Part shown: one piece after another, positions 49,908 to 60,075 of the stretch | Numbering within the stretch: position 1 is the first letter of the stretch | Layout: every line of letters starts with the position of its first letter | NCBI GenBank assembly: GCA_963668175.1 | Contig: OY764159.1 | Coordinates: forward strand, 800,001 to 864,000 | DNA: 64,000 bases | Reading direction: 5' to 3' | Source of the DNA: Syntrophales bacterium | GTDB taxonomy: Bacteria > Desulfobacterota > Syntrophia > Syntrophales > PHBD01 | Position numbers and translations under genes: made by a program | The notes under the pieces: generated by a model | Seen by the model: only the letters and a program-made list of their open reading frames with translations | Databases searched by the model: none | What the model was told of the DNA's origin: nothing

Positions 49908-52094
49908 GTGATCCGTATTTATGGATGGTTGTTAATCATGATGCTCGTCGTCTTTCTCCTTTTCGCAGTGCTTATCATTGCTGCACTTTATATCCTCTTG
50001 ACAAAACAGGAGAGGAAGACTCCGACATCGGCCAAAGTCGCCCCGTCCGAAAGAGATATCAAGCCCCCGAAAACCGACGCATTTCAGAAAAAACCCATGC
50101 CGCCGCCCGAGGAAATCCTGCCCCTCGAAATGAAAAGAGGGCCGGATGCCGGGGGCCAGGAGATGGGTGTGCCGGATGTTTATAGAGACTTGAGGCGTAT
50201 CGTGCAACAGGGTATCGAGGTGATCTTTTCCGGGCAGAAAGGGGAAAACGCCAGCCCCCGTACACCGTTCATGTACAACCAGATTGATCCCGATATTTTG
50301 CGAACGGTCGAAGAACAAATCGGCCACCTGAAAAAGTTTCGGACGGAGCATCTGCGGCTGCAGAAATTCGTCAGCGACCCGGCGATACAGATGTCCGACC
50401 TTGCCAAAATGATTCTCGCCGATCCCGTCTTGACGGCCAAGATTCTGCGGCTTGCCAATTCCCCCTACTTCGGAATGCAGAACAAGATCGATTCAATCAG
50501 CCATGCCTTGATGATCCTCGGCCTTCAAAACATCAAAAACATCCTCTATCGCGAGGGTTTGCTGCAGCTCTTTCCCATGGGATCGGCCAAGCAGAAGGAT
50601 GCGCTGGCGGCCCTGTGGACGCATTCGACCTTGACGTCGGTATGCGCCTCCTGTCTTGCCGATCTTTTCGACGGCCTGAACCAGGGAACGCTTTTTACCC
50701 TGGGGATCATCCATGATATCGGAAAGCTCGTCATTCTGGGGATGCCCCGGGTGCAATCGTTTGACGGGGAATTCTGGGACAAACTCCCGAGGGGGTTTTA
50801 TATCCAGGATGAAGATGAACTCCTGGGCGTCAATCATGCCGTCATCGGAAAGATGGCCCTGGAACAATGGGGATTTTCCGATTTGATGGTCCATTCCGTG
50901 GCGATGCATCATATGCCGGCGTATGTCCATGCCGACAGCCTGCACCAGGACGGGGATATACAAAAATACATCACGGCACTGTTTATTGCAGACCAGATAG
51001 CGAGGCTGCTCACAGGACGGATTGATCTCTTAACGCCCCTGGCGGATTCATATCGAACATGCGTCGACAGAAACAGATTGCTCGCCAAGCTTACGGATAC
51101 GACTTTTCTTTCTCAGATCCGCGAGGCTGCAATCCTGGCCGATTCGGAATTTCCGGTGAAGCCCGCTCCGGCCGCAGCGTCCGCGCCGATTGCAGCCGTC
51201 GTCGGGCAGACAAACAATGCCTCTCATAAAACCGACGGGCGTTTCCAGGGTGATGCCACAGCCGTGATTGCCAGACCGGAACCCGGAAAGACCATAGGGC
51301 GCTATGAAATCATCGGCGAACTCGGCCGCGGCGCCATGGGAACGGTCTATTTAGGCAGGGACCCGTTGATCAATCGCGAGGTGGCTATCAAGACGCTGCG
51401 CTACGGCCACGGCGACGACGAAGAGATGGCGGCCGCCAAGAAACGGTTTTTCAGAGAAGCGGAGGCCGCCGGCCGGTTGACCCATCCGAATATCGTCACG
51501 GTTTACGATGTGGGTGAATACCAGGGGACGGCCTATATGGCCATGGAGCTTCTCGATGGGACGGATCTGGTCTCTTTCTGCAGTAAAGATAGCCTTCTGC
51601 CTTTCGACGACGTTGTAAAGATTGTATCCACCGTGGCTGTGGCTCTCGATTATGCCCATAAGAACGGCGTCGTTCACCGGGACGTCAAGCCCGGCAACAT
51701 CCGTATTCTTTCGAGGGGCGACATTAAAGTCGTCGATTTCGGCATCGCCAAAGTCATGGATACGTCGAAGACGCAGGCCGGCGTCATCATAGGCAGTCCG
51801 AATTACATGTCGCCCGAACAGATAGAAGGGCGCGCCGTGGACGGCCGGACCGACCTTTTTTCCCTGGGGGTTCTCTTTTATGAACTCCTGACCGGTGAAA
51901 AACCCTTTGTGGGAGAGAGCATCACTACATTGATGCACAATATCGTTTCACAGCCTGCCCCGCCGATAAAAGATCTTATTCCCGCGGTTCCTGAATACTG
52001 CGGGCGAATTCTGGAGAAGGCCTTGGCCAAGAAGATGGAAGATCGGTACCAGAGCGGCCAGGAAATGGCCGACGACTTGATGACCCCGCCATGA
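49908..52094 (+). CDS. Membrane-anchored HDOD + Hanks-type Ser/Thr kinase
   Basis: N-terminal TM; DPVLTAKILRLANS…IIHDIGK; GRGAMG, VAIK, HRDVKPGN, DFG, YMSPE. Confidence 0.9.
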   Translation: MIRIYGWLLIMMLVVFLLFAVLIIAALYILLTKQERKTPTSAKVAPSERDIKPPKTDAFQKKPMPPPEEILPLEMKRGPDAGGQEMGVPDVYRDLRRIVQQGIEVIFSGQKGENASPRTPFMYNQIDPDILRTVEEQIGHLKKFRTEHLRLQKFVSDPAIQMSDLAKMILADPVLTAKILRLANSPYFGMQNKIDSISHALMILGLQNIKNILYREGLLQLFPMGSAKQKDALAALWTHSTLTSVCASCLADLFDGLNQGTLFTLGIIHDIGKLVILGMPRVQSFDGEFWDKLPRGFYIQDEDELLGVNHAVIGKMALEQWGFSDLMVHSVAMHHMPAYVHADSLHQDGDIQKYITALFIADQIARLLTGRIDLLTPLADSYRTCVDRNRLLAKLTDTTFLSQIREAAILADSEFPVKPAPAAASAPIAAVVGQTNNASHKTDGRFQGDATAVIARPEPGKTIGRYEIIGELGRGAMGTVYLGRDPLINREVAIKTLRYGHGDDEEMAAAKKRFFREAEAAGRLTHPNIVTVYDVGEYQGTAYMAMELLDGTDLVSFCSKDSLLPFDDVVKIVSTVAVALDYAHKNGVVHRDVKPGNIRILSRGDIKVVDFGIAKVMDTSKTQAGVIIGSPNYMSPEQIEGRAVDGRTDLFSLGVLFYELLTGEKPFVGESITTLMHNIVSQPAPPIKDLIPAVPEYCGRILEKALAKKMEDRYQSGQEMADDLMTPP

Positions 52095-52269
52095 ACGGAT
52101 AACGTCTCCCGCCCCGATTCCCCTTTCTCTGTATGTATGATAAGCCTGTCCCGCAACCTGCACTTCTTCGTACAATCAACCGACCGGAGAGAATCAGGCT
52201 GTTTGCATTGGGGATAATGAAGATGGGCTGCTCATGCGGGCTTGACAGCGACGGATATGAATAATTGAT

Positions 52270-53112
52270 ATGCGTTTCGGTTTCCATATATCCATTGCCG
52301 GGGATCTGACCCGGGTGGCGGAACGGGCGGCTCAGCTGTCGTGCCGGACGGTGCAGATATTCGCCGGTAATCCGCGGGGCTGGAAGAGCCGGGACCTCGA
52401 TCCGGCGAAAATCCTGGCCCTGAGGGAGGACCTCCCCCGAAGGGACATCGCCCCCCTGTTCGTTCATATGCCGTACCTGCCGAACCTGGCGGCAGAGGAT
52501 GGCGAACTGTATGAAAAATCGGTTCATGTACTAAGCGATATGCTCGAAAGGGCGGGAAAGCTTGGGGCTTCCGGTTTGGTGACGCATCCCGGCCATTACG
52601 GCCGGAAAGGGGAAGCGGAAGCCCTCCGGAGGATTTCCGCGGCCGTCAATCATGCCTTAACGGCCGTTCCCGACGGCGTCCCGATCCTCTTTGAAAATAC
52701 CGCCGGCCAGGGAAAGGAGGTCGGTTCGCAGTTCAGGCAATTGGGGATACTGTTGAAGCAGGCGAAAGATCGGAGCAGGGTCGGCGTGTGTCTCGATACG
52801 GCCCATGCCTTTGCCGCCGGCTATGATTTCTCCACAAAAGACGGGCTTGATCTGGCGCTTGCCGAATTCAGAAAAACGATCGGGTTGAAAAATCTCCGCC
52901 TTCTTCATTTGAACGACGCGAAGGCACCTCTGGGATCACGGGTGGACCGCCACTGGCACATCGGGGAGGGTTATATCGGTGCGGAAGGGATGAAGCGGAT
53001 CGTCACCCATCCCTTTCTTATGGAATTGCCCGCTGTTATGGAGACTCCGAAGAAGAGAGCGGACGACGATATCAGGAACATGGAGACGGTGCTCCGTCTT
53101 GCCGCCGTTTGA
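52270..53112 (+). CDS. nfo: Endonuclease IV
   Basis: FGFHISIAG, HMPYLPNL, ENTAGQG, CLDTAH, HLND, DRH, ETP. Confidence 0.93.
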   Translation: MRFGFHISIAGDLTRVAERAAQLSCRTVQIFAGNPRGWKSRDLDPAKILALREDLPRRDIAPLFVHMPYLPNLAAEDGELYEKSVHVLSDMLERAGKLGASGLVTHPGHYGRKGEAEALRRISAAVNHALTAVPDGVPILFENTAGQGKEVGSQFRQLGILLKQAKDRSRVGVCLDTAHAFAAGYDFSTKDGLDLALAEFRKTIGLKNLRLLHLNDAKAPLGSRVDRHWHIGEGYIGAEGMKRIVTHPFLMELPAVMETPKKRADDDIRNMETVLRLAAV

Positions 53113-53123
53113 GCCTGATTCCT

Positions 53124-53810
53124 TTACAGGCGCATGCCGGCATATTTGCAGATTTCGTTTATCAGATTTTTGCCTTTACTGGTTTCCGTACCGATCTGTT
53201 TCAACTGCTCGGCGCAAATGGCGACGTTGGCAAGGGATTCCCTCTGTACGAGAATCAGGCGCTCGCTTTCCTTGAAGAGCCGAAATAGTTTATCGATCTT
53301 CTTGTTAAGAGACACGAGAGATTTGTCGAGTTCATTGTCCGACAGAGAGGATTTGTTATCGATCAAGTGGAGAATTTCACTGCGAATACCCTTGTAGATG
53401 TCGATGGTCTTGTCCGGGTCGAAAAAGCTGCGGTACTCGAGCAGCCTGTTGATTTTCGACCGCAGGTTGTCCAGGGAGAAAGGCTTCAGCAGGTAATCGA
53501 AGGCCCCGAGCTTCATGGCTTCAATCGCCGTATCGATCGTGGCATATCCCGTCAGCATGATGGTCTCCGATGGAATCAGCTGCGATCGGATGTACCTGAG
53601 GATGTCCATGCCGCCTTCTTCGCCCGTTCCGTCGAGTCCCGGCATGTTCTTGTCGAGCAGGATGATGTCGTATTTCTTCGATTCCAGGAGCTTGAGCGCT
53701 TTGACGGCGCCGTCGGCCAGGTCGAAACTGTAACCTTCGCTCCTCAGGAAATCGGCAATCATGTTAAGAATCAGATGGTCGTCATCGACGACGAGTATAC
53801 ACGGCCCCAT
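53124..53810 (-). CDS. Response regulator (receiver plus helical C-terminus, no recognisable DNA-binding domain)
   Basis: ILVVDDD, LLDKNMP, LTGY, GAFDYLLKPF. Confidence 0.85.
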   Translation of the reverse strand: MGPCILVVDDDHLILNMIADFLRSEGYSFDLADGAVKALKLLESKKYDIILLDKNMPGLDGTGEEGGMDILRYIRSQLIPSETIMLTGYATIDTAIEAMKLGAFDYLLKPFSLDNLRSKINRLLEYRSFFDPDKTIDIYKGIRSEILHLIDNKSSLSDNELDKSLVSLNKKIDKLFRLFKESERLILVQRESLANVAICAEQLKQIGTETSKGKNLINEICKYAGMRL

Positions 53811-53981
53811 TGTGGTCTCCTTTCTCTATGCCACGAAGTCGTATCTTCAAGATATCTATCGGTCGTAAATGGATAATAAAGCGGCGATATTAAACAACAG
53901 TCCCGATGATTTTTCAAGCGTTTATCGTCTCCGCCTGAAAAAATACCGCCGGGGGCGGTTCCCGAACACCGTCGGAAATGG

Positions 53982-55091
53982 TCAGAGGTCGATGCGTCCG
54001 TCGACGATGATGTCGCCCTCTTTGCGCAGTATTTTCCGGTACGTGAGACGGTAGGCGTCGTCGACGCGCCCGATTCCCAGATCGCCGACGGCTTCAAGAC
54101 CGCGGCCGATTATCTTGGGGGCGATGATGACGACCAGCCTGTCGGCCAGCCTGCTTTTCAGGACCGATGTAATCATGGCGGCCCCGCCTTCGACCATGAC
54201 CGATGTTATGCCCTGTTTTCCGAGTTCGGCGAAAAGGCTCTTAAGGTTCATCCGGTCGTCGCTGTCAGTCTTGACGGAGAGCATCTCTATCCCCATTCGC
54301 GCGAGTTCCGCAGCTTTCCCGGGATCGGCCCCCGCCGTTTTCGCAATGACGGTTTTTGCTTTGTCCTGATTTTTAAGAACACAGGCATCGAGGGGGATTT
54401 CCAGACGGGAATCGGCGATGATCCGTAGGGGCGACTTCCCTTTGACCAGGCGCACGGTTAAATCGGGATCGTCATTCAAGACCGTGCCGATGCCGACCAG
54501 GATGCCGTCGTGGATCGAGCGCAGTCTGTGGGCAAATTTCAGGGAGGACGGGGAACTGATCCACCGGGAATGGCCTGTGGCGGTCGCGATCCGCCCGTCG
54601 ATACTCTGGGCGTATTTGACGGTGACGAAAGGAGTGCCTGTTTCCATGAACTTGAAGAAGCGCTCGTTGACGGTGCGGCATTCCTCAGCCAGAATCCCTA
54701 CCGTGGTCTGAATGCCCTTTTCTTCCAGGGCCGTGATTCCTTTGCCGGCGACGAGGGGATTGGGATCGGCCGTCCCGATCACGACGCGGCGGGGCTTCGC
54801 GGCGATGAGGGCGTTCACGCAGGGAGGCGTTTTGCCGAAGTGCGCACAAGGCTCCAGGGTTACATAGACGGTCGAATCCTTTATCGATTCCGTCGCACTT
54901 TTTATGGCGTTGACCTCCGCATGTCCTTCACCGAAGCAGCGATGATAACCCTCACCGATAATCCGGTTTCCCTTGACGATGACGGCGCCGACCATCGGGT
55001 TCGGACTGACCCGCATTTCTCCCCTGCCGGCCAGTTTCAGTGCCCGTTTCATGTAGCGCTCGTCAATTGCAGTTTCCGGATCCGTTCTCAT
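53982..55091 (-). CDS. ribD: Riboflavin biosynthesis deaminase/reductase
   Basis: PNPMVGA, HAE, TLEPCAHFGKTPPC, VEGGA. Confidence 0.95.
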   Translation of the reverse strand: MRTDPETAIDERYMKRALKLAGRGEMRVSPNPMVGAVIVKGNRIIGEGYHRCFGEGHAEVNAIKSATESIKDSTVYVTLEPCAHFGKTPPCVNALIAAKPRRVVIGTADPNPLVAGKGITALEEKGIQTTVGILAEECRTVNERFFKFMETGTPFVTVKYAQSIDGRIATATGHSRWISSPSSLKFAHRLRSIHDGILVGIGTVLNDDPDLTVRLVKGKSPLRIIADSRLEIPLDACVLKNQDKAKTVIAKTAGADPGKAAELARMGIEMLSVKTDSDDRMNLKSLFAELGKQGITSVMVEGGAAMITSVLKSRLADRLVVIIAPKIIGRGLEAVGDLGIGRVDDAYRLTYRKILRKEGDIIVDGRIDL

Positions 55092-55200
55092 GTTTTGATC
55101 CCTTACACCAAGGCGGCCCTGTCTGTAAATGTTTTTTGGTTGACGCCGTCATACATTCTGTTATAAGAATCCGCATTTATCTACTAGAAAGGGGATTGCT

Positions 55201-55929
55201 ATGAAAGGCGTCGTTCTTGCCGGCGGATTGGGAACCCGGATGTATCCGCTGACAAAAGTCACCAATAAACATCTCTTGCCCGTCTATAATGAACCCATGA
55301 TTTACTACCCCATTAAGACGCTGGTCAATGCGGGCATCGATGAAATATTGATTGTTACAGGCGGGCAGAATTCCGGAGATTTCCTCCGGCTTTTGGGAAA
55401 CGGGAAGGATTTCGGCCTCAGACACCTCAACTATACCTATCAGGAGGGTGAAGGCGGGATAGCCGCCGCCCTGGGCCTGGCGGAGTTCTTTGCCGACAGG
55501 GACAAGATCGTCGTCATGCTCGGCGACAACATCATCGAGAAGAACATCAAAAAGGCGGTGGATGCCTTCCGGGCCCAGAAGGAAGGGGCGCGGATCATGC
55601 TGAAAGAAGTTCCGGATCCTCAGCGGTTTGGAGTCGCAACACTTGAGGGGAGCAAAGTCGTCCGCATCGACGAAAAACCGGCGAAGCCCGCCTCGAATTT
55701 TGCCGTTATCGGCATATATATGTACGACAGTAAGGTCTTCGATTTCATCAAGTCCTTGAAACCATCCCAGCGAGGCGAATTGGAGATCACCGACGTCAAT
55801 AATTTCTATATTCAAGCAGGCATCATGGAATGTGACGTCCTCGACGGCTGGTGGTCCGACGCCGGCACGTTCGAATCGCTCCAGTATTCTGGGAATATGG
55901 TGGCGAAGACGGGAGCAAACAAACTATGA
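55201..55929 (+). CDS. rmlA: Glucose-1-phosphate thymidylyltransferase (short form)
   Basis: LAGGLGTR, NKHLLPVY, RGELEITD, WSDAGT. Confidence 0.82.
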   Translation: MKGVVLAGGLGTRMYPLTKVTNKHLLPVYNEPMIYYPIKTLVNAGIDEILIVTGGQNSGDFLRLLGNGKDFGLRHLNYTYQEGEGGIAAALGLAEFFADRDKIVVMLGDNIIEKNIKKAVDAFRAQKEGARIMLKEVPDPQRFGVATLEGSKVVRIDEKPAKPASNFAVIGIYMYDSKVFDFIKSLKPSQRGELEITDVNNFYIQAGIMECDVLDGWWSDAGTFESLQYSGNMVAKTGANKL

Positions 55930-56381
55930 TCGAAGGCGTCGTGGTCAGGAAACTGAAGGTCATTCCGGACGAGCGGGGCCGCCTCATGGAGATCCTCCGG
56001 GCGGATGACGACGTTTTCAAGTCCTTCGGCCAGGTCTACATGACCACGGCTTATCCGGGTGTGGTCAAAGGCTGGCACTACCATAAGGAACAATCGGACA
56101 ATATGGCGGTCGTCAAGGGGATGATGAAAATCGTCCTTTATGACGGCCGGGAAGGATCGCCTTCCTATGGTAAAGTCGACGTCTATTTCGCAGGGGAGCA
56201 TAATCCCATCCTGATTCATATCCCCCCCTTCGTCTATCACGGTTTCAAGTGTGTCTCGCCGGAGGAAGCCATTGTCGTCAACACGCCGGACAGGATGTAC
56301 GACTACCAAAATCCGGATGAATTCAGGGTCCACCCCCACGACAACGATATCCCCTATGACTGGGCGCGGAAAGACGGCTAA
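55926..56381 (+). CDS. rmlC: dTDP-4-dehydrorhamnose 3,5-epimerase family cupin
   Basis: DERG, GVVKGWHYH, HGF; ATGA overlap with the upstream gene. Confidence 0.8.
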   Translation: MIEGVVVRKLKVIPDERGRLMEILRADDDVFKSFGQVYMTTAYPGVVKGWHYHKEQSDNMAVVKGMMKIVLYDGREGSPSYGKVDVYFAGEHNPILIHIPPFVYHGFKCVSPEEAIVVNTPDRMYDYQNPDEFRVHPHDNDIPYDWARKDG

Positions 56382-56392
56382 GAGGATGGACG

Positions 56393-57163
56393 ATGGACCT
56401 GATATGGTATATCGTTGCTGTCGCAGCCGGTGCCGTCGTGGGGAGCTTCTTGAACGTCTGCATCTGCAGGATTCCTGAAGAAAACGAGTCGATCGTCAAG
56501 CCGGCGTCGCGTTGCCCTTCGTGCCGGTCGCCGATCAAGCCCTATGACAACATCCCTGTCCTCAGCTATCTCATCCTGGGAGGAAAGTGCCGGAACTGCG
56601 GTTGCCGGATTTCCATCCGTTATCCCGCCGTGGAATTGTTTACGGGACTGATAGCCCTCTGCTGCCTCTGGAAATTCGGTGCGACGCTTCAGACTGTAGG
56701 CGCCTTTGCCTTCGTCTGTACCCTGATCGTCATCACCTTCATCGATATCGACCACCAGATTATTCCCGATGTGATCTCTCTGCCGGGCATCCCGATTTTC
56801 CTGCTGATGGCCATCTTCGTCATGCAGGTTCCCTGGCTGGATGCCGTCCTGGGGCTCCTCTGCGGGGGCGGCGCATTGTATGTCGTTGCAGTGGGGTACG
56901 AACTGGTCACGAAAAGGGAGGGGATGGGAGGCGGCGACATCAAGCTCCTGGGTATGTTGGGGGCGTTCCTGGGGTGGAAGTCGCTCCTATTTATTCTGTT
57001 GGTCAGTTCGCTTACGGGTGCCGTGGTCGGGATAGCTCTGATGGCGGTCAAGGGCCGGGACATGAAGTATGCCGTGCCTTTCGGTCCGTTCTTGTCGCTG
57101 GCGGCCGTGCTGTATCTTTTCGTCGGCGACCCCGTTATCCGATATTTCCTGGGTATCGCCTGA
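56393..57163 (+). CDS. pilD: Prepilin peptidase
   Basis: GSFLNV, CPSC…CRNC, FIDID, GMGGGDIKL, PFGPFL. Confidence 0.93.
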   Translation: MDLIWYIVAVAAGAVVGSFLNVCICRIPEENESIVKPASRCPSCRSPIKPYDNIPVLSYLILGGKCRNCGCRISIRYPAVELFTGLIALCCLWKFGATLQTVGAFAFVCTLIVITFIDIDHQIIPDVISLPGIPIFLLMAIFVMQVPWLDAVLGLLCGGGALYVVAVGYELVTKREGMGGGDIKLLGMLGAFLGWKSLLFILLVSSLTGAVVGIALMAVKGRDMKYAVPFGPFLSLAAVLYLFVGDPVIRYFLGIA

Positions 57164-57258
57164 ATAACGATTATTCCAAGATCCCATTCGTTCCGCAGAC
57201 ATCGAAATAGCTTGACTTCAAGTGTCTTCAACGATAGGGTATCACGACTGAATCAACC

Positions 57259-57284
57259 GGGTTGGCCATATAGCCAACCTTTTT
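57259..57284 (+). terminator. Terminator-like hairpin just upstream of argS
   Basis: GGTTGGC-CATATA-GCCAACC-TTTTT. Confidence 0.5.
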
Positions 57285-57297
57285 ATTGTAAAGAAGG

Positions 57298-58968
57298 ATG
57301 ATAATGAAAGAAAAACTGGTTGCCGTGCTCCGCAACGCCTTACGGACGTGTGAGCAGGAAGGATTATGGGAGGCCGGAACCCTTCCCTTTATCGAAGTCG
57401 ATTGGACGAAGGATTCCACCCATGGAGATTACGCGTCCAATATTGCCATGATGCTGGCATCGCGTCTTAAAAGAAAGCCCCGCCAGATCGCCGAAACGAT
57501 CTGTCAGCATCTTCATGACGACGAAGGCATCATCGAAAAGACGGAAATCGCCGGACCCGGATTTATCAATTTCTTTTTGAAGGAAGCCATCTGGGCCGGA
57601 TGCCTGGCCGATGTCGAGCGCCAGGGCGCTCGTTACGGTTTCGCCGACGTCGGGGGAGGGAAAAAGGTTCAGGTCGAGTTCGTCAGCGCCAATCCGACGG
57701 GGCCCCTTCATATCGGACACGCCCGGGGCGCCGTAGTGGGGGACGTCCTGGCCAATGTGCTGGCCGCAACCAATCACGATGTCTTCCGCGAATACTATAT
57801 CAACGATGCGGGCAACCAGATGAACAATCTGGGCCGGTCCGTTCTTTACCGGTACCGGGAGCTTCAGGGGCAGGAAGTTGCCTTTCCCGAGAACTGTTAT
57901 CAGGGAGACTATATCAAAGCGCTGGCTTCGGACATTATTGCCAGGGACGGCGACGTGCATCTGAAAAAAGCGGAGGATGACGTTATCCCCCTTTTTACCG
58001 CCTATGCCGCCGGGGTCATCATGGAGGGCATCAAGGACGACCTGGGGGCTTTCGGGATAAAATTCGACCTCTATTTCAGCGAACGGGAGCTCTACCGGGA
58101 TGACGGCGTGGCGAAGCTGCTCCGTGAGCTCGAAGATAAGAAATTCATCTATTCCGACGGCGACACCCTGTGGTTTAAGACCACCGATTTCGGCGATGAG
58201 AAGGACCGTGTCGTCGTCAGGCAGAACGGCGAACCGACGTATTTTGCCGCCGATATCGCCTATCACCGCAACAAGTTCAGCCGCGGCTTCGATACGGTCA
58301 TCGACATCTGGGGGGCCGATCACCACGGGTACATCCCGCGGATGTCGGCCGGCGTGCAGGCGCTCGGTTACAACAAGGAATCGCTTAAGGTTGTCCTGAT
58401 CCAGCTTGTCAACCTCCTCCGGGACGGCAAGCCTGTCGCCATGTCGACGCGGTCCGGCGAATTCGTCACAATGCGGGAGGTCGTAGACGAAGTCGGCCGT
58501 GACGCCGCCCGTTACAATTTCCTCATGCGCCGTTCCGACAGCCATCTCGATTTCGATCTGGAGGTGGCTAAAAGGCAGTCGAATGAGAATCCCGTGTATT
58601 ACGTCCAGTATGCCCACGCCAGGATTTGCAGCATCCTGAGGACGGCCGGGGAGAGGCAGTTGAAGACCCCCGATTATGCGACGACGGATTTTTCCCGCCT
58701 TGTCCTTCCCGAAGAGATAGGGCTTATGAAGATGATCATCCGGTTTCCGGAAGTCCTGGAAGGGGCGGCAAAAATGCTGGAGCCACATCGGCTCACGTTC
58801 TTCCTCAACGATCTTGCCGGAATGTTCCACAGCTATTACAATAAAAACAAAGTCGTGTCCGACGATCCGGCCTTGACGGCAGCCAGGCTGTTTTTAGTCA
58901 TAGCGATCAGGGTCGTATTGCATAATGCCTTGACAATCCTTGGGGTGTCGTCGCCGGAGAAAATGTAG
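57298..58968 (+). CDS. argS: Arginine--tRNA ligase
   Basis: [37 protein letters not shown]. Confidence 0.97.
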   Translation: MIMKEKLVAVLRNALRTCEQEGLWEAGTLPFIEVDWTKDSTHGDYASNIAMMLASRLKRKPRQIAETICQHLHDDEGIIEKTEIAGPGFINFFLKEAIWAGCLADVERQGARYGFADVGGGKKVQVEFVSANPTGPLHIGHARGAVVGDVLANVLAATNHDVFREYYINDAGNQMNNLGRSVLYRYRELQGQEVAFPENCYQGDYIKALASDIIARDGDVHLKKAEDDVIPLFTAYAAGVIMEGIKDDLGAFGIKFDLYFSERELYRDDGVAKLLRELEDKKFIYSDGDTLWFKTTDFGDEKDRVVVRQNGEPTYFAADIAYHRNKFSRGFDTVIDIWGADHHGYIPRMSAGVQALGYNKESLKVVLIQLVNLLRDGKPVAMSTRSGEFVTMREVVDEVGRDAARYNFLMRRSDSHLDFDLEVAKRQSNENPVYYVQYAHARICSILRTAGERQLKTPDYATTDFSRLVLPEEIGLMKMIIRFPEVLEGAAKMLEPHRLTFFLNDLAGMFHSYYNKNKVVSDDPALTAARLFLVIAIRVVLHNALTILGVSSPEKM

Positions 58969-59025
58969 TATAAGGTCAGTCTGTCATAGCGGTACGTCTA
59001 TTCATTTGATGGAAGGGGCTTCTAC

Positions 59026-60003
59026 GTGGCATCCAAGAATTTCAGGAACTTTGAATTCAAGCTGGGAAAGCTGGGGCTGCTCCTTTTTGTTGCCGGCATG
59101 TCGTTGCTGCTCTTTGCCGTCTTTGTCCTGGGTATTTTTATCGGGAAAGATCTGGATACCATGCCCGGGAAGATTGCCAGCGACCTTCCCGGCACCATCA
59201 AGGAAAAAGCGGGATTGGCTCCGGGAAAAACAGAGAATCAGGCAGGGGAGAAGCCTGTAAGCAAAGAAGGTATTAAGGACGCTTCCGCGGAAAGGCCGCC
59301 GGACTTCAACTGGACGTTTTACGATACGCTGGGCAAAAAGAAGGGGGAAGAGAAGGGCATCATTCCCGAGAGGGATAAAGAGAGGGCCGTCTCCCGGGAT
59401 GCGGCGGGCCAGGTCAGGGTTGCCCAGTTAGCGAAGCCGGCTGCAGAACAAAAGCCTGAACCCGCCGGGACAAGTGCCGCCCCTGAAAAGAAGGCGGGCA
59501 AAACCGTTGGGGGCGATAAAAAAGAGAAGCGCGCTCAACCGCCAGCAGCGAAGCAACCGCCGGTCAGGAACGAGCCGAAAGTAGCCTCGACGACAGCCAA
59601 GGCCCTGCAGGAGAAGGGACTGGTCGTGTCCGACGTCGGCGGGCGGCCCGAGAAGAGGGCTGCGGCATCCAAAGCCGCTCCTCCTCCGGTTGCCGAAAAA
59701 CAGGAGAAGAAGGAAAAGCAAGAGAAGAAGAACGATACGTCCGGGGCCTTTTTTGTCCAGGTGTGTTCTTATAAAGAGAAGGAAAAGTCGGAACTGGCGT
59801 CCAAGAAGGTAAAATTCCTCGGTTATAAAACGAAAATAGTCCCTATCGACCTGGGGTCCAAGGGAAAATGGTACCGGGTGGTCGTGGACGGCTTCGAAAC
59901 CAAGGAGAAGGCCCAAAAAGCGGCGGCTAAAATCAAAAATCAGGTCACCGGTACACAGTGTATCGTCAGGAGCAACACCCCTGTCCAGAAAGCCGGACGT
60001 TAA
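59026..60003 (+). CDS. SPOR-domain protein (FtsN-like)
   Basis: N-terminal TM, WTFYDTL, Lys/Ala-rich linker, FVQVCSY…WYRV; usual position after argS. Confidence 0.8.
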   Translation: MASKNFRNFEFKLGKLGLLLFVAGMSLLLFAVFVLGIFIGKDLDTMPGKIASDLPGTIKEKAGLAPGKTENQAGEKPVSKEGIKDASAERPPDFNWTFYDTLGKKKGEEKGIIPERDKERAVSRDAAGQVRVAQLAKPAAEQKPEPAGTSAAPEKKAGKTVGGDKKEKRAQPPAAKQPPVRNEPKVASTTAKALQEKGLVVSDVGGRPEKRAAASKAAPPPVAEKQEKKEKQEKKNDTSGAFFVQVCSYKEKEKSELASKKVKFLGYKTKIVPIDLGSKGKWYRVVVDGFETKEKAQKAAAKIKNQVTGTQCIVRSNTPVQKAGR

Positions 60004-60075
60004 ACCGGAGACCGGATGTCCGTCATTCATGCCCTGAGCGTCAGGGTAATACTGTAAAAAGGTCTGTAAATCCTT

